From Phyllobates terribilis (lineage: Eukaryota), in contig NW_027362773.1 of NCBI RefSeq assembly GCF_046119375.1, forward strand, positions 27,962,001 to 28,026,000: a DNA stretch of 64,000 nt. Direction: 5' to 3'. The position numbers were made by a program, and so were the translations under genes. Below are positions 62,489 to 64,000 of the stretch, piece after piece. Numbering within the stretch: the first letter of the stretch is position 1; each line of letters begins with the position of its first letter. The notes under the pieces were generated by a model that was not told the origin of the DNA, ran no database searches, and saw nothing but the letters and a program-made list of their open reading frames with translations.

Positions 62489-63586
62489 TGTAGCGTCGGC
62501 GTCCCTGCCTCCTGCTAGGCAGGGACGCCGTTCCCCTCACCTCTCCGCTCCGTGCCCGGCGTCTTCCTCCCGCTCTGCTGGCAGCGCGCGCTGCTTCCCG
62601 GCCTCTGTGCTTAGGGCACGCGCCCGCGCTCCCCCTCTCTTAAAGGGGCCGCGCGTGCCGTCCTAAGGAGTCCCCGGCCAATGGCCGGAGGACCTCACCA
62701 TATATAAGGCACCTCCTCCAAAATGGAGGTGCCCGAGCAATGTTGTTGCAAAGCCTTTCAACTCTGCTTCAGCCCTCAGGTCCCGTTACCAGTTACCTGC
62801 CAGATTCCTGCTTGTTACCTGCCTGATACCTGCATGATATCTGCTTACCTGCTTGCTATCCTGTGGTCTGACAGTCTGCCTACCAGCACCTGCCAGTCTG
62901 TCTATGGATCAGTTCGCCTGCGGACCAGGAAGTACCTGCCAGATACCTGCCTGATACCTGCCTGCCTGTCCAGAGACTCTTACTCGCTCACCTGGGAGCG
63001 CTCACCTGCTACCTGCCTGCTAGCCTACCTGGAGGCTTAGCCGTCACTTGCTGTGACCACCTGCCTGTCCAGAGACTCTTACTCGCTCACCTGGGAGCGC
63101 TCACCTGCTACCTGCCTGCTAGCCTACCTGGAGGCTCTGCCGTCACTTGCCGTGACCACCTGCCTGTCCAGAGGCTCTTGCCCGCTCACCTGGGAGCGCT
63201 CAGCTGCTACCTGCCTGCTAGCCTACCTGGAGGCTCTGCCGTCACTTACCGTGACCACCTACCTGTCCAGAGACTCTTGCCCGCTCACCTGGGAGCGCTC
63301 CCTGCTACCTGCCTGCTAGCCTATCTAGAGACTCTTTCCCTGCTGTCACTTGCCGTGACCACCTGCCCGTCTAGAGACTCTTTCCCTGCTGTCACTTGCC
63401 GTGACCACCTGCCCGTCTAGAGACTCTTACCCTGCTGTCACTTGCCGTGACCATCCGCCTGTCAAGAGACTGTCCCCGTCACTTGCTGTGACTACCTGCC
63501 CGCCTTCCCTGGGAGCCACCCGCTTCCTTACAAGGACTGCCCCTTTGTATAGTTGCTCAGAGGCTCCACCTCCCAGACCCGTTACA
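62489..63586. mobile_element. Solo LTR with internal tandem repeats
   Basis: TGTAGCG...CGTTACA termini; 5-bp TSD CTCAG at 62484-62488 and 63587-63591; TATA-like TATATAAG at 62701; 99-bp units at 62961, 63060, 63159 and 63258 and 46-bp units at 63325, 63371 and 63417. Confidence 0.85.
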
Positions 63587-64000
63587 CTCAGCAGTGCCAC
63601 ATGCTGATCGCCTCCATACCACGCCTCATTGATGCAGTAATTGATGCAAAAGGAGCCCCGACCAAGTATTGAGTGCATTTACTGAACATACATTTCAGTA
63701 GGTCAACATTTCAGATTTTAAAAACATTTTTCAAGCTGTTGTTATAAAGTATTCTAATTTACTGAGATAATGACTTTTGTGTTTTCATTGGCTGTAAGCC
63801 ATAAACATCAACATTAACAGAAATAAACACTTGAAATAGATCACTCTGTTTGTAATGACTCTATATAATATATAGGAGTTTCACGTTTTGTATTGAAGAA
63901 CTGAAATAAATTAATTTTTTGAGGATATTCTAATTTTGTGAGAAGCACCTGTATACAACAAGCTAACACTGTGGCTTTCACTGTTGTAACATTCTGTAGA

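Larger units (their letters stand above)
57034..63951 (+). mobile_element. Tc1 family A (DD34E), full-length host copy carrying three nested insertions
   Basis: TA|CAGGTGCATCTC at 57034 and GAGAAGCACCTG|TA at 63951; transposase fragments at 58950-59820; colinear with the 12372 copy once the inserts are removed. Confidence 0.92.

Overview
Vertebrate genomic DNA, almost certainly from a frog. The basis is the V-SINE, T2/Kolobok, Harbinger and hAT MITE families plus an amphibian-type 177-aa ferritin; the species cannot be called from the sequence. Two host genes lie tail-to-tail, as in other vertebrates. best1 (+ strand) contributes exons equivalent to human exons 4-10 at 5742-19344; its 5' exons are upstream of the window. 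fth1 (- strand) is complete, with 4 exons, CDS at 30083-36130, an iron-responsive element, TATA/CRE/CCAAT/GC-box promoter and a candidate ARE about 2.75 kb upstream. The rest is dominated by transposons: about 7 Tc1-like families (including three DD38E/Intruder-type copies and a Sleeping-Beauty-like copy), a decayed piggyBac, Helitron(s), hAT elements, three solo LTRs, SINEs, many MITEs and several minisatellites, often nested with resolvable target-site duplications (TSDs). The most unusual item is a 563-bp palindromic insertion (55631-56193) with a minimal type I hammerhead ribozyme motif on each arm, consistent with a Penelope-like or retrozyme-like element. A second, unrelated palindromic insertion with a degenerate hammerhead lies at 43939-48065. 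Also notable are E300Q and P103L substitutions at conserved BEST1 positions and a 28-bp microinversion that flips a transposase start codon. Everything was read by eye; no searches or folding programs were run.
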